A stretch of 64,000 nucleotides of DNA. It comes from Candidatus Uhrbacteria bacterium GW2011_GWC2_41_11. GTDB taxonomy: Bacteria; Patescibacteriota; Patescibacteriia; UBA9934; GWF2-40-263. Made by a program: the position numbers and the translations under genes. Below the pieces are notes generated by a model. It ran no database searches, was not told the origin of the DNA, and was given only the letters and a program-made list of their open reading frames with translations. Positions 20,467 to 30,685 of this stretch are shown here, piece by piece; the first letter of the stretch is position 1; each line of letters opens with the position of its first letter. The stretch spans positions 29,703 through 93,702 of the forward strand of contig LCAH01000002.1 in assembly GCA_000996355.1 (NCBI GenBank). Direction: 5' to 3'.

Positions 20467-21492
20467 ATGGAATTGCAAACACAATTTGAATCATTGAAAC
20501 ACACATTTGAGAAGACATTGAAAACAACAGTTGATCTTGCTGGTCTGGAAGCTCTTCGAGTGGAATTTTTAGGAAGAAAAGGAAAGCTTGCGACCCTCAT
20601 GGCTCTTTTGAAAGATCTTTCAGAAGAAGAACGTCGAATGGTTGGAACGGTTGCTAATGAAACAAAACAAGCCATGGAACAAGCGTTTGATTCTGCGCTT
20701 GCAGCGATGAAGAACGAGAATATTTCATCTCATGCTTGGTTTGATGTTTCCGAACCGATTTTTCCAAAAGAATCATTTGGACATATTCATCCAGTGACAC
20801 AAATTCAGCAAGAATTGGAAGACTTGTTTACATCCATGGGATTTATGGTAGCTGATGGTCCAGAGCTCGAAAGTGATTATTACAATTTTACCGCACTCAA
20901 TATTCCTCCAACACATCCGGCACGCGACATGCAAGATACGTTTTATATCAAAGGGCATCCGGATCAAGTGATGCGTACTCAAACCTCACCAGTTCAAGTT
21001 CGCGCAATGCGAAAATATCGTGCGCCGATTCGGATGATTGTTCCGGGTCGCTGTTTTCGTAACGAGGCAACAGATGCGAGACATGAACATACATTTTATC
21101 AATTGGAAGGATTGGTAGTGGATAAAGATATTCATATTGGTCACATGAAAGGAGTTTTGGAAGAAGTGGCAAAACATTTGTATGACGGAGAAGCAAACGT
21201 GCGTCTTCTCCCAAAATTTTATCCATTCGTTGAACCAGGTGTGCGTGGAGAAATAACTTGTTTTCTTTGTCGCGGAACCGGATGTCGAGTATGTAAACAG
21301 TCTGGTTGGCTGGAAGTGTTAGGGGCAGGAATGGTACATCCGTCTGTATTACGTGAAGGAAATGTTGATCCAGAACAATATCAAGGATTTGCATTTGGGT
21401 TTGGCCTCTCAAGACTTGCCATGTTGAAATATGGAGTTGATGATAGTCGCCTTATGCAAAGCGGAGATATGAAATTTCTTACCCAATTTTGA
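20467..21492 (+). CDS. pheS: Phenylalanyl-tRNA synthetase alpha subunit
   Basis: HPARDMQDTFY, RTQTSPVQVR, YPFVEP, GFAFGFG; ATG at 20467 preferred to TTG at 20458. Confidence 0.96.
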   Translation: MELQTQFESLKHTFEKTLKTTVDLAGLEALRVEFLGRKGKLATLMALLKDLSEEERRMVGTVANETKQAMEQAFDSALAAMKNENISSHAWFDVSEPIFPKESFGHIHPVTQIQQELEDLFTSMGFMVADGPELESDYYNFTALNIPPTHPARDMQDTFYIKGHPDQVMRTQTSPVQVRAMRKYRAPIRMIVPGRCFRNEATDARHEHTFYQLEGLVVDKDIHIGHMKGVLEEVAKHLYDGEANVRLLPKFYPFVEPGVRGEITCFLCRGTGCRVCKQSGWLEVLGAGMVHPSVLREGNVDPEQYQGFAFGFGLSRLAMLKYGVDDSRLMQSGDMKFLTQF

Positions 21493-21496
21493 TGAT

Positions 21497-23944
21497 ATGT
21501 TGATCTCAAAAAAATGGCTTCAAGATTTCGTTGATTTACCTTCTCATGTTTCAGACGAGGAAATAGCAAATCGTATTACGTTGAGTACGGTTGAGGTAGA
21601 AAAAATGGAATCGCAAGCAGCTTCATTGGAAAAAATTGTTGTTGGACAAATTTTGCAGGTGTATCCGCATCCGAATGCAGATCGACTTCGTGTTTGTGAT
21701 GTGAATGTGGGGAAGGAGACACTTTCCATTGTGTGTGGTGGATCTAATCTCCAAGAAGGAATGAAAGTGGCTGTGGCACTTGTTGGTGCAAAAGTGCGAT
21801 GGCATGGACAAGGAGATCTGGTCGAGATTCAACTAACGAAGCTGCGTGGAGTAGATTCGTTTGGCATGATTTGTTCAGCGAATGAAATTGGAATAGCAAC
21901 GGGAAAAGAAGGAGAACGGGAGGTGTTGGATGTGTCGATTCTTACAGCTGTTCCTGGAACATTACTTTCCGAAGCCCTTGAATTAAATGATGTTATTTTG
22001 GATGTTGATAACAAGTCGCTCACCAATCGGCCGGATCTTTTTAGTCATCGTGGCATGGCGCGTGAAATCGCTGCGCTTTTGGATACCACATTTCATGATG
22101 CAGAACCTCCTGTTCTTTCAAAGGGAGAGGGGTATGAACTTTCTGTGACGGTTGCTGATCCAGAATTGTGTCCACGTTATATGGGTGTTGTTCTTGATGG
22201 AATTCGTATTGAGCCATCACCTGATTGGATGCAAAAACGTTTACTCGCGGTTGGGATGCATCCGATCAATAATGTGGTTGATGTTACAAACTATGTGATG
22301 TTGGAAATGGGGCAATCGCTTCATGCATTTGATGCAAAAAAACTTGAGAATCAGTCTGGGGCAAAACAGACAATTGAAATTCGTGTTCAACGTGCACAAG
22401 ATGAAGAAACATTTGTGACTCTTGATGGAGAAGAACGCACGCTGGATGCTTCTATGCTCATGATTTGTGATGGAAAAAAATCTGTCACCCTTGCGGGAAT
22501 TATGGGAGGAAAAAATAGTGAAATTGATGAAAATACAACCGCAATTTTTCTTGAATCTGCAAATTTTCATCCTTCTTGTATTCGAACAACATCTCAAAAA
22601 CTTGGGTTGCGTTCCGAAGCATCGCTTCGATATGAAAAAAGTTTAGATCCACATCTGTCAGATGTTGCTTTGTGTCGAACAGTTGAATTACTTTGCCAAA
22701 TAATTCCAGGAGCACATGTGGTTTCCCCGGTTGCGGATGTGAGTCATTTTTCTTTGCATCAAGGTCCCATTCTTTTTTCCATGGAAAAATTGATTTCCAA
22801 AATTGGGATAGGAATCTCTTCCAAAGAAACAGAGGGAATTTTACAACGTCTCGGATTTGCGTTGAAAAAAGAAGGAGAAGATTTTTTGGTGACTATTCCA
22901 ACCTGGCGCGCTACAAAAGATATTTCCATTTTTGAAGATTTAGTTGAGGAAGTGGTGCGTGTCTATGGATATGATCGGATTCCTTGTTTGCTTCCTATGG
23001 GAAAGATGGAACCTCCAAAGCAGGATTTGTCACGTCTTTTGCAGCGACAAGTACGATCAATTCTTTCGCAGCATTTTTTTGCCACAGAAACGTACAATTA
23101 TAGTTTTGTGAGTCCTGCTATTCTTTCTGCCATGAAAGAAAATGTTTCTCTTTATATCGAACTTGAAAATCCTTTATCAAAAGAACGGCCATATTTAGTG
23201 CGAAGTCTTGTGCCGAATCTTTTGGAAAACGTGAAAAAAAATCAACATGGATTTGATCCTGTTTGTTTGTTTGAAATCGGACGCACTTATCTTCAAGAAG
23301 AACAAGGAGAAGAAAATGGAGAGACAAACACGTTTCTTCCTCGTCAGGATCATGTCCTTGGGCTCGTATTTGCAGGGAAGAGTGGTGACTCTCTTCACCA
23401 AGTGAAACGGATATGTGCGGGTTTATTGGAGACTCTTGGATATTCGTATATGTTTTCTCCGTTTCAAGAAAAAATGTTTTGGATGCAAAAAGGAATAAGT
23501 GCTTGTATTTCTGTTTGTGGAGAAGATGTTGGGTATTTCACAGAAGTAAAATCAGATGTTTTAGCAGAACTTGGAGTTGATGTTTCGACGACTGTTATGG
23601 AATTAAACCTCACAAAAATGACACAACTTCCAAAACAGAAAAAAGTGTATGAATTCATCCCGCTTTTTCCAGAAGGGAAACGCGATCTTGCATTTGTGAT
23701 AGGTGAACAGGTTGCTTATGGAGAAATGGAAAAAGTTCTTCGTGCTCAGACACCTCTTTTGCGCGGAATAGAATTGTTTGATGTCTATACGGGAAAAGGA
23801 ATTCCAGAAGGAAAAAAATCTATTGCCCTTCATTTTGTTTTCAGAGCTGATGATCACACTCTTTCATCAGAAGAAGTGGACGGAATCATGGAAAATATTC
23901 GACGTGTATTAGAAGAACAATTTTTTGCGATTGTGCGTGGGTAA
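21497..23944 (+). CDS. pheT: Phenylalanyl-tRNA synthetase beta subunit
   Basis: HPNADRL, NRPDL, B3/4 domain, FDX-ACB C-terminus. Confidence 0.96.
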   Translation: MLISKKWLQDFVDLPSHVSDEEIANRITLSTVEVEKMESQAASLEKIVVGQILQVYPHPNADRLRVCDVNVGKETLSIVCGGSNLQEGMKVAVALVGAKVRWHGQGDLVEIQLTKLRGVDSFGMICSANEIGIATGKEGEREVLDVSILTAVPGTLLSEALELNDVILDVDNKSLTNRPDLFSHRGMAREIAALLDTTFHDAEPPVLSKGEGYELSVTVADPELCPRYMGVVLDGIRIEPSPDWMQKRLLAVGMHPINNVVDVTNYVMLEMGQSLHAFDAKKLENQSGAKQTIEIRVQRAQDEETFVTLDGEERTLDASMLMICDGKKSVTLAGIMGGKNSEIDENTTAIFLESANFHPSCIRTTSQKLGLRSEASLRYEKSLDPHLSDVALCRTVELLCQIIPGAHVVSPVADVSHFSLHQGPILFSMEKLISKIGIGISSKETEGILQRLGFALKKEGEDFLVTIPTWRATKDISIFEDLVEEVVRVYGYDRIPCLLPMGKMEPPKQDLSRLLQRQVRSILSQHFFATETYNYSFVSPAILSAMKENVSLYIELENPLSKERPYLVRSLVPNLLENVKKNQHGFDPVCLFEIGRTYLQEEQGEENGETNTFLPRQDHVLGLVFAGKSGDSLHQVKRICAGLLETLGYSYMFSPFQEKMFWMQKGISACISVCGEDVGYFTEVKSDVLAELGVDVSTTVMELNLTKMTQLPKQKKVYEFIPLFPEGKRDLAFVIGEQVAYGEMEKVLRAQTPLLRGIELFDVYTGKGIPEGKKSIALHFVFRADDHTLSSEEVDGIMENIRRVLEEQFFAIVRG

Positions 23945-23994
23945 GTGTACAATAAAAGAACATTTTCACTCAGATAATGTTCCCTTGCAATTAT

Positions 23995-24309
23995 ATGTTT
24001 GAATCCCATGATATTTTATTTATTGTCTTGGCATTCTGCGCCCTTTGGTTTACGGCGTTTATTTGTTGGCTCATTTGGCAGGTGGCCATGATTTTGAGAA
24101 ACATCAATGAGACCATGACGGATGCGCGAGAAAAGATGGCAAAGATTGAAGAGGCTTTGACTGGGATGCGAAATCGTTTTGAACATCTGACATCTGGGGC
24201 AGGAGTTTTTGGAGAAGGAATTAAACGACTTCTAACGTATGCTATTTCATACGCTGCAGAACGAAAAATGTCGAAAAAAACAGGAAAAAAGAAGGAGGAC
24301 GATATATGA
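23995..24309 (+). CDS. Small membrane protein (TM plus coiled coil, DUF948-like)
   Basis: N-terminal TM followed by a heptad helix; start may be 23977. Confidence 0.65.
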   Translation: MFESHDILFIVLAFCALWFTAFICWLIWQVAMILRNINETMTDAREKMAKIEEALTGMRNRFEHLTSGAGVFGEGIKRLLTYAISYAAERKMSKKTGKKKEDDI

Positions 24310-25373
24310 AACTACATATAAATCGTCATGCGATAAAAATTTCTCTTGCGGTTGGTTTTTTTGTTTTAGTGTTAGCCGGAGCGGTTGGGTTAAATGCAGC
24401 CATACGGAAGAGCGGAGGGATTCTTCCGTTTTTAGCAACATTACATCTTCCATTTAAACGCACCGAACAGGAATTATATTGGGCTCTTCGACATACATTT
24501 GAACAAAAGACCGCCACTGTTTCCATTGAAGCCACCATAGAAGGAGATCCTTCAAAAACAGGAAATACGTTTAGAACTGAAGGAATGTATTTATCTTGGA
24601 TGTCAAAAGGAATGAATCTTCCGGAAACGCGTTTTACGGAAAAAAAAGAAGAATCTCCTGTTGTAAGGACATCTCATCAAGGAATTTTTTCTGTAAAAGG
24701 AATGGAAGAGAAAAAGGCTTTAGATTTTTCTGTTGAATATCGGTTGATTCCGCCTGTGACCTATCTCAAAATGAATGGAGAAATATCATTACCAAGCGGA
24801 TTTCTGCTTCCATTGGGAAAAATAGCAGATAAATGGATTGCGATTGAAAAAGACATGAATGGATCCATGTTTGCAGCACTTTTGCCTGCGCCGCTTGAAT
24901 TTGCAAAAACATGCAAGGCAAATTCGGTCGTTATGCGTGAAACAATACAGTCTGTTCAACCGCTCCGTTTGTTTTCTTCTTTTTCCAAAAAACAAGAAGA
25001 TGAGACAGTTGCGAATATTGAAGAGTCTGTTCGACGATATACTTTGACGTTTAATAAAGAGGTGTGGCAGGAGGTTTTACAAAACTTCGTTGCTGCTGCC
25101 GGATGTTCCTCAAATAATACTGAACTTATGGATGCGATAAAGAATATTTCTTCTTTTGATGTGTTTGTTGGCGCCTCTTCCGGTTTTATTCGTGGAGTTG
25201 ATGTTGAGATGAAACCAACTCTTTCTATTCGTTTGTCAGAATTTGCTGTTCCGTTTGTTGTGGAAGTGCCGGAAGGGGCTGTTTCCATTCGTGAATTGCT
25301 TTTGGATATGATGAAGTCGCGTGGAGGATTTCGCGGACTTATGAATGGAGGAGGATTACTTCAAGGGTTATAA
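24306..25373 (+). CDS. Membrane-anchored hypothetical protein (LppX/LprA-like beta fold possible)
   Basis: N-terminal TM and beta-rich body with YLK...KWIAI pattern. Confidence 0.6.
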   Translation: MKLHINRHAIKISLAVGFFVLVLAGAVGLNAAIRKSGGILPFLATLHLPFKRTEQELYWALRHTFEQKTATVSIEATIEGDPSKTGNTFRTEGMYLSWMSKGMNLPETRFTEKKEESPVVRTSHQGIFSVKGMEEKKALDFSVEYRLIPPVTYLKMNGEISLPSGFLLPLGKIADKWIAIEKDMNGSMFAALLPAPLEFAKTCKANSVVMRETIQSVQPLRLFSSFSKKQEDETVANIEESVRRYTLTFNKEVWQEVLQNFVAAAGCSSNNTELMDAIKNISSFDVFVGASSGFIRGVDVEMKPTLSIRLSEFAVPFVVEVPEGAVSIRELLLDMMKSRGGFRGLMNGGGLLQGL

Positions 25374-25403
25374 TAGGTGTTAGGTGTGAGATTTTTTGAA
25401 AAT

Positions 25404-25446
25404 AAAAAAAGCGCCCGACCTAGATGGTGGGGCGTTTTGTTGTTTT
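25404..25446. terminator. Probable bidirectional terminator
   Basis: A-run, GCGCCC...GGGCGT stem, T-rich tail. Confidence 0.6.
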
Positions 25447-25522
25447 TAGGATCTGGTGTCTCTATCAGTTTTTTGTCCTGGATGGTACGCTTGTGACCAC
25501 AAACATTTCTCTCTATTGATGT

Positions 25523-28500
25523 ATGCCAAGTCGATTTGTTCACCTCCATGTTCACAGTCACTATTCCTTGCTTGAAGCACTGCCAAAAGTAAAACCCCTT
25601 ATTAAATCCATCAAAGAAAAAGGGATGGATGCATTTGCTCTTACAGATAATGGGGTGCTCTACGGCATTATTGAGGCGTATCAAAAAGCAGCAGATGAAG
25701 GCATCAAATTAATTGTTGGCATGGATGCGTACCTCGCACCTGCAGGACGTCATCAAAAGCGTGCACATATTGATACAAAACCAAACCGTCTTGTTTTGCT
25801 TGCAGAAAACATGGATGGATATCGGACACTTGTGCAATTGTCTTCCATTGGATTTTTGGAAGGTTTTTATTATAAGCCACGTATTGATCACGAAATTTTG
25901 AGAGAACTCTGTGAAGGGAAATCGCATGGGTTAATTGCATTGTCTGGAGGACGATTCGGAGAAATTGATCAAATGCTTTCCCATGGAAATCGTCCACAAA
26001 CAGAGATCTTGATTCAGGAGTATGTTCGGATTTTTGGAAAAGATCATTTTTTTCTCGAGCTTGTTGATCGTCCTGAAATGGCAGAACAACAGGCGATCAA
26101 TGCGCAATTGATTGAACTCGGACGCGCATTAGACGTCCCTGTAGTCGCAACAAAAAATGTTTTTTATCTAAAACCAGAGGAGGCAGAAGCATGGAAAATC
26201 CTTCAATGTGTGCAGGGAGGAAAAACATTAGAACACCTTGAACGTCTTCAAGCGACAGAGTACGACGCTTCATTGGTCACAGGAGAAATCATGGAAGAAC
26301 ATTTTAAAGATGTTCCGGAAGCCATTGAAAATACGCGCCGGATTGCCGATCGGTGTCAGGTTTCTTTTGAATTAGGAAAATGGAATTTTGCTCATTTTGA
26401 AATTCCAGAAGGCTTAACGCATTTGCAATATTTGCGTGAGCGTGCTGAACGTGAGCTTGCAGAAAAGGTTCCTGTGTTAACCGAAGAAATGCAAAAGCGT
26501 TTGAATTATGAGCTTTCTGTTATTGAAATGAAGGGATTCGCTCCCTATTTTTTAATCGTATCTGATTATATTGAATGGGCACGGCGTCATGGAATTGTTA
26601 CAACGACACGTGGATCTGCCGCTGGATCACTTGTGGGATATGCGATTGGTATTTCGACGGTAGACCCTCTTCGTTACAAATTACCGTTTGAACGTTTTTT
26701 GAATCCGGAACGTCCTTCTGCTCCGGACGTTGACGGTGATTTTGCGGATAATCGTCGAGATGAAATGTTGGCTTATGTGGCAGAAAAATATGGAAAAGAA
26801 AAAGTCGCTCAGATTTGTACATTTGGAACCATGATGGCTCGCGGGAGTGTGCGTGATGTCGGACGCGCGCTTGGATTGCCATACAGTTTTGTGGATGAAA
26901 TTGCGAAATTTGTTCCCATGGGAAGCCAGGGATTTCCGATGACATTGGAACGCGCGCTTCAAGAAGCTCCGGATTTGAAAAAACGATATGATACCGATCC
27001 TCAAGTACGGCGATTGATTGATCTTGCAAAACGCATCGAAGGGTGTGCACGACATGTTTCCATTCACGCGGCTGGGGTGGTGATTGCGCCGAGTCCACTT
27101 ACGGATTTCACTCCATTACAGATTGAAACACGAGAGGGAAAAGTCATCACGCAGTATGAAATGAAATCCGTGGAAGCAGCCGGTCTTTTGAAAATGGACT
27201 TTCTTGGAATTCGTAACCTTTCTATTTTGGGAGATGCAGTAAAGATTATAAAAAAGACAAAAGGAGTAATAATTGTTCTTGAAAAAATTCCCGTTGATGA
27301 TGAAAAAACATTCGAACTTCTCGCAAAAGGTTATACCATGGGAACATTTCAGCTGAATGGAGATGGAATGACAAAGTATCTTATGGAACTGCGGCCTGAA
27401 CGTATTGAAGACATTATGGCTATGGTCGCCTTGTATCGACCTGGCCCAATTGAATCCATTCCGGAGTATATTCGTCGTAAACACGATCCATCTCTTGTGC
27501 GCTATCTTGATCCGCGTTTGAAAACGATTCTTGATCAGTCCTATGGAGTGATTGTGTATCAAGATGACGTCATGTTGATTGCAATTCATCTTGCCGGATA
27601 TTCCTGGCTTGAGGCAGATAAGCTTCGAAAGGCTATGGGAAAAAAGATTCCGGAAGAAATGGCAAAACAAAAAGAAAAACTCCTTCAAGGATTGGCAAAA
27701 CATGGTATGGGTGCGGAAAAAGCCCAGCGTCTTTGGAAACTTATTGAACCGTTTGCCGCATATGGGTTTAATAAAGCACACGCGGCAAGTTATGGCATGA
27801 TTGCATATGATACAGCCTATTTAAAAGCAAATTTTCCTGCGGAATACATGTCCGCACTCATGACTGCTGAATCTGACGATCTTGAAATGATTGCTTCTGC
27901 TGTGAAGGAGTGTGAACGTATAGGGATTCAAGTTCTTCCTCCGGATATCAATGAGTCTCGTTCAACGTTTACGTATATCAATGATGAGACAATTCGTTTC
28001 GGGTTGCTTGTGATTAAAAATCTTGGGGAAGAAGTGATTAAATCTATAATTGAAGAACGCGAAATACATGGACCATTTAAAGATCTTGCAGATTTTGCCG
28101 AACGTGTTCATCATCGTGCATTTACGAAAAAATCCTTGGAAGCACTGATCAAAGCCGGAGCACTTGACCGATTTGGAGAACGACAACAACTGCTTGAAAA
28201 CATGGAACAAATTCTCCAATTCAATAAACAGACTCAGCAGCGCAAAGCACAGAGTCAAACATCATTGTTTGACCTTGTTCCAGCGCTCGCAGGAGAAAAA
28301 TTGCGTTTACGTCCGAGTCCGCAAGCCGGACGTCGAGAATTACTTTCTTGGGAAAAAGAATTTTTGGGATTGTATGTTACGGCGCATCCTTATCGTGAAA
28401 TAGCTGAGCGACTGACTCCGTTTCTTACATCTTATGGAGATCTTCCTTTCGTGGAAGAAGGGAAGTTTGTGCGGTGTGGGGGTCTTGTGACATTTGTGAA

Positions 28501-29077
28501 ACCCATCATGACAAAAAAAGGGGAACCAATGGCATTTGTTGGATTGGATGATGGAACAACGGTTTCAGAAGCGATTTTTTTTCCGCGTGTTTATGCTCAA
28601 TTTCAAGGAACGCTGCATGAGGAACGTATCGTGCTTGTTTCAGCGAAAATTTCCAAAAAGGATGGAGACAGTCCAAAGTTGCTTGTAAACAGCATGATTG
28701 TCGTGGATGAGACACAATTAGAAAACGTTGTTTCTATGTTGGAAAATGGACAATGGATTCCTGATTCTGGAACTTCATATGAAGAAACATCTGTGACACC
28801 TCCCGCGCCTGTTTCAACAAATTCGTTTTCCATTCCTCAAAAAGAATTCGAAGAGAAAAAAATAGAAATTACTCTTGAAGGGAAACCTTCTCCAGAAACC
28901 ATGGAACGTCTTCGTATTTTGTTTCAGAATGCTCCAGGGGTATGTCGTGTTTCTTTTTTAGTAAAGACTGGAGGGCAAAATCGGCACATTGAAACAGACT
29001 ATCGTGTGAATTCAACTTCTGGATGGATAGATGAATTAGCGGCTATTGTTGGTCGTCAAAATATTGTTTTTATTTGA
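25523..29077 (+). CDS. dnaE: DNA polymerase III alpha subunit
   Basis: PHP HLHVHSHYS, RGSAAGS, PDVDGDF, KMDFLG, FNKAH, OB fold; no intein-sized insertion. Confidence 0.97.
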   Translation: MPSRFVHLHVHSHYSLLEALPKVKPLIKSIKEKGMDAFALTDNGVLYGIIEAYQKAADEGIKLIVGMDAYLAPAGRHQKRAHIDTKPNRLVLLAENMDGYRTLVQLSSIGFLEGFYYKPRIDHEILRELCEGKSHGLIALSGGRFGEIDQMLSHGNRPQTEILIQEYVRIFGKDHFFLELVDRPEMAEQQAINAQLIELGRALDVPVVATKNVFYLKPEEAEAWKILQCVQGGKTLEHLERLQATEYDASLVTGEIMEEHFKDVPEAIENTRRIADRCQVSFELGKWNFAHFEIPEGLTHLQYLRERAERELAEKVPVLTEEMQKRLNYELSVIEMKGFAPYFLIVSDYIEWARRHGIVTTTRGSAAGSLVGYAIGISTVDPLRYKLPFERFLNPERPSAPDVDGDFADNRRDEMLAYVAEKYGKEKVAQICTFGTMMARGSVRDVGRALGLPYSFVDEIAKFVPMGSQGFPMTLERALQEAPDLKKRYDTDPQVRRLIDLAKRIEGCARHVSIHAAGVVIAPSPLTDFTPLQIETREGKVITQYEMKSVEAAGLLKMDFLGIRNLSILGDAVKIIKKTKGVIIVLEKIPVDDEKTFELLAKGYTMGTFQLNGDGMTKYLMELRPERIEDIMAMVALYRPGPIESIPEYIRRKHDPSLVRYLDPRLKTILDQSYGVIVYQDDVMLIAIHLAGYSWLEADKLRKAMGKKIPEEMAKQKEKLLQGLAKHGMGAEKAQRLWKLIEPFAAYGFNKAHAASYGMIAYDTAYLKANFPAEYMSALMTAESDDLEMIASAVKECERIGIQVLPPDINESRSTFTYINDETIRFGLLVIKNLGEEVIKSIIEEREIHGPFKDLADFAERVHHRAFTKKSLEALIKAGALDRFGERQQLLENMEQILQFNKQTQQRKAQSQTSLFDLVPALAGEKLRLRPSPQAGRRELLSWEKEFLGLYVTAHPYREIAERLTPFLTSYGDLPFVEEGKFVRCGGLVTFVKPIMTKKGEPMAFVGLDDGTTVSEAIFFPRVYAQFQGTLHEERIVLVSAKISKKDGDSPKLLVNSMIVVDETQLENVVSMLENGQWIPDSGTSYEETSVTPPAPVSTNSFSIPQKEFEEKKIEITLEGKPSPETMERLRILFQNAPGVCRVSFLVKTGGQNRHIETDYRVNSTSGWIDELAAIVGRQNIVFI

Positions 29078-29127
29078 AGAGAAAAAAGAACATGTGATAT
29101 ACTTCCCTTAATAAAAAAGGAGGACTC

Positions 29128-30393
29128 ATGGAATCATCGAAACAAGAAAAACGAAAAATACCCGGGTCACGAAAAGCAACTCCAAGGCGGGCTATAAAAA
29201 AGAGTGCACAGTCCGTCATGCCTGAAATTTCCGTGGCACCGATTTTACCGTCGCGAACCCCATCGCCGTCTTTGCGTTTGTATCGGCGTATTGCAGGTCT
29301 GTTTGTGTTTTTTGTGACCGTTGTTTTGGTTATAGTGTTGTTTGTATCCACTGCGAAAGCAACGATTCATATTATTCCTCAACCTCAGACTGTTGAAGCT
29401 TCTTTTTTGGTCGATGTTGTTCAAACAGGAGTGATTGAGGGAAGAGTCAAGGGATCTGAAATAGAAAAAACGTTTGAACAAGCAAAAGAATTTCCTGTGT
29501 CAAACGGGGAAAAGAAAGAGGTTCTCGATAAGGCACAAGGACAAATAACAATCATCAATGAAACATCAAAAATACAACCATTGGTTGCGACCACACGTTT
29601 CTTGAGTTCAAAAGGAATTTTATTTCGTTTGGATAAGAGTGTTACTGTTCCTGCAAATGGAAAAATTGATGTTTCCGTTCATGCAGACCAATTAGGGCCA
29701 ACCGGAGATATTGAACCTGATCGATTTACGATTCCCGGTCTTTCGACGTCTTTACAGCCGGTCATTTATGGCGTGAGTTCAGTGTCAATGTCTGGAGGGC
29801 AACGATTTGTATCTGTGGTGACTCAGGAAGAATTGGATCAAGCTGCAACTGCGTTGGAAAAAGAAATGCTTGAAGCAGCTAAAGGAGAATTTCGTGGGCA
29901 GAAAGGAGATGCAGGTGGAGAAGTGTTTCAGTCAGAAATGATAAAAAAGGTAAGTAATACCATGCCTGGTGATGAAGCGGAAACATTTACCATTTCGCTT
30001 TCATTGCGAGTGACTGCTGTCTTTTACGATACAGAAGGAATCGAACAGTTAGCAGAAAGAAAGTTGTATGAACAATTAAGTCAGGGATTTACGTTTCTTT
30101 CTGTTCCTGTTGATCAAATGCATGTCACGGTAACAAATATTCTAAAAGAAACAAATGAAGCGCAGATTCGTGTGGAACTGACAGGTGTTTCTATCCTTTC
30201 TCCTACACACCCATTGCTTGATAAGAGTTCTATGGTCGGACGTTCACCAAAAGAATTAAAAGATCGTCTCACAAGTGCTGGTCTTGCTAGTGATGTTGTT
30301 GTCGAAATATTTCCTCCATGGATGAAAAAAATTCCTGCATTAAAAGATCATGTTGATGTGGTTGTTGATCCACCTATCTTAGAGAAGAAGTAA
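29128..30393 (+). CDS. Membrane-anchored baseplate-J-like domain protein (CPR type)
   Basis: TM then KAQGQITIINE..QPLVATTRF..GILFRL..VPA..V.ADQ.G..G..FTIPGL..MSGG pattern. Confidence 0.65.
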   Translation: MESSKQEKRKIPGSRKATPRRAIKKSAQSVMPEISVAPILPSRTPSPSLRLYRRIAGLFVFFVTVVLVIVLFVSTAKATIHIIPQPQTVEASFLVDVVQTGVIEGRVKGSEIEKTFEQAKEFPVSNGEKKEVLDKAQGQITIINETSKIQPLVATTRFLSSKGILFRLDKSVTVPANGKIDVSVHADQLGPTGDIEPDRFTIPGLSTSLQPVIYGVSSVSMSGGQRFVSVVTQEELDQAATALEKEMLEAAKGEFRGQKGDAGGEVFQSEMIKKVSNTMPGDEAETFTISLSLRVTAVFYDTEGIEQLAERKLYEQLSQGFTFLSVPVDQMHVTVTNILKETNEAQIRVELTGVSILSPTHPLLDKSSMVGRSPKELKDRLTSAGLASDVVVEIFPPWMKKIPALKDHVDVVVDPPILEKK

Positions 30394-30406
30394 AGAGAAC
30401 GAAACC

Positions 30407-30435
30407 TTTACTTTTTTTTATACACTCTTTACACT
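30407..30435 (+). promoter_or_regulatory. Sigma70-type promoter of the T-box leader
   Basis: TTTACT-17-TACACT, placing +1 at about 30441, the base of T-box stem I. Confidence 0.65.
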
Positions 30436-30441
30436 AAGAGT

Positions 30442-30674
30442 ATTGCAGAGAGAAAGGACATGTTCGATGAAAATGACTTATGAGAGACCTGTGGTCGTGG
30501 CTGGAAACCATGGGAAGTCTATTCGTCTGGAATACCACCTTTTGAGCAATCGATTGCTTTGACGTTTCAAGGCAAAAGAGTGGTTCTGTTTAGAAAACAA
30601 CAAACAGAACAATTCGGGTGGAACCGCCTTGTGTATATAAGGTCCCGAACTTCACGTTTTTCGTGGAGTTTTTT
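30442..30674 (+). ncRNA. T-box riboswitch, threonine-specific (specifier ACC)
   Basis: Stem I ATTGC/GCAAT with GA motif, AGAGA bulge (30483-87), GCTGGAA distal loop, specifier GAAT-ACC-A (ACC at 30534-36); stem IIA-like hairpin with CGTT loop; stem III; antiterminator TTCGGG-TGGAACC-GCCTTGT/ATAAGGT-CCCGAA; overlapping terminator. Confidence 0.9.
30648..30674 (+). terminator. T-box attenuator terminator
   Basis: AACTTCACG/CGTGGAGTT plus T-tract; overlaps the 3' end of the antiterminator. Confidence 0.8.
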
Positions 30675-30685
30675 GTTTGAAATAT

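Noticed and set aside
25523-29077. Possible intein in dnaE
   Set aside because: Normal length and continuous motifs; no splice-junction or LAGLIDADG motifs seen
30467-30562. Peptide MKMTYERPVVVAG... resembling a lasso/RiPP YxxP leader
   Set aside because: It lies within T-box stem I and there are no RiPP maturation genes nearby
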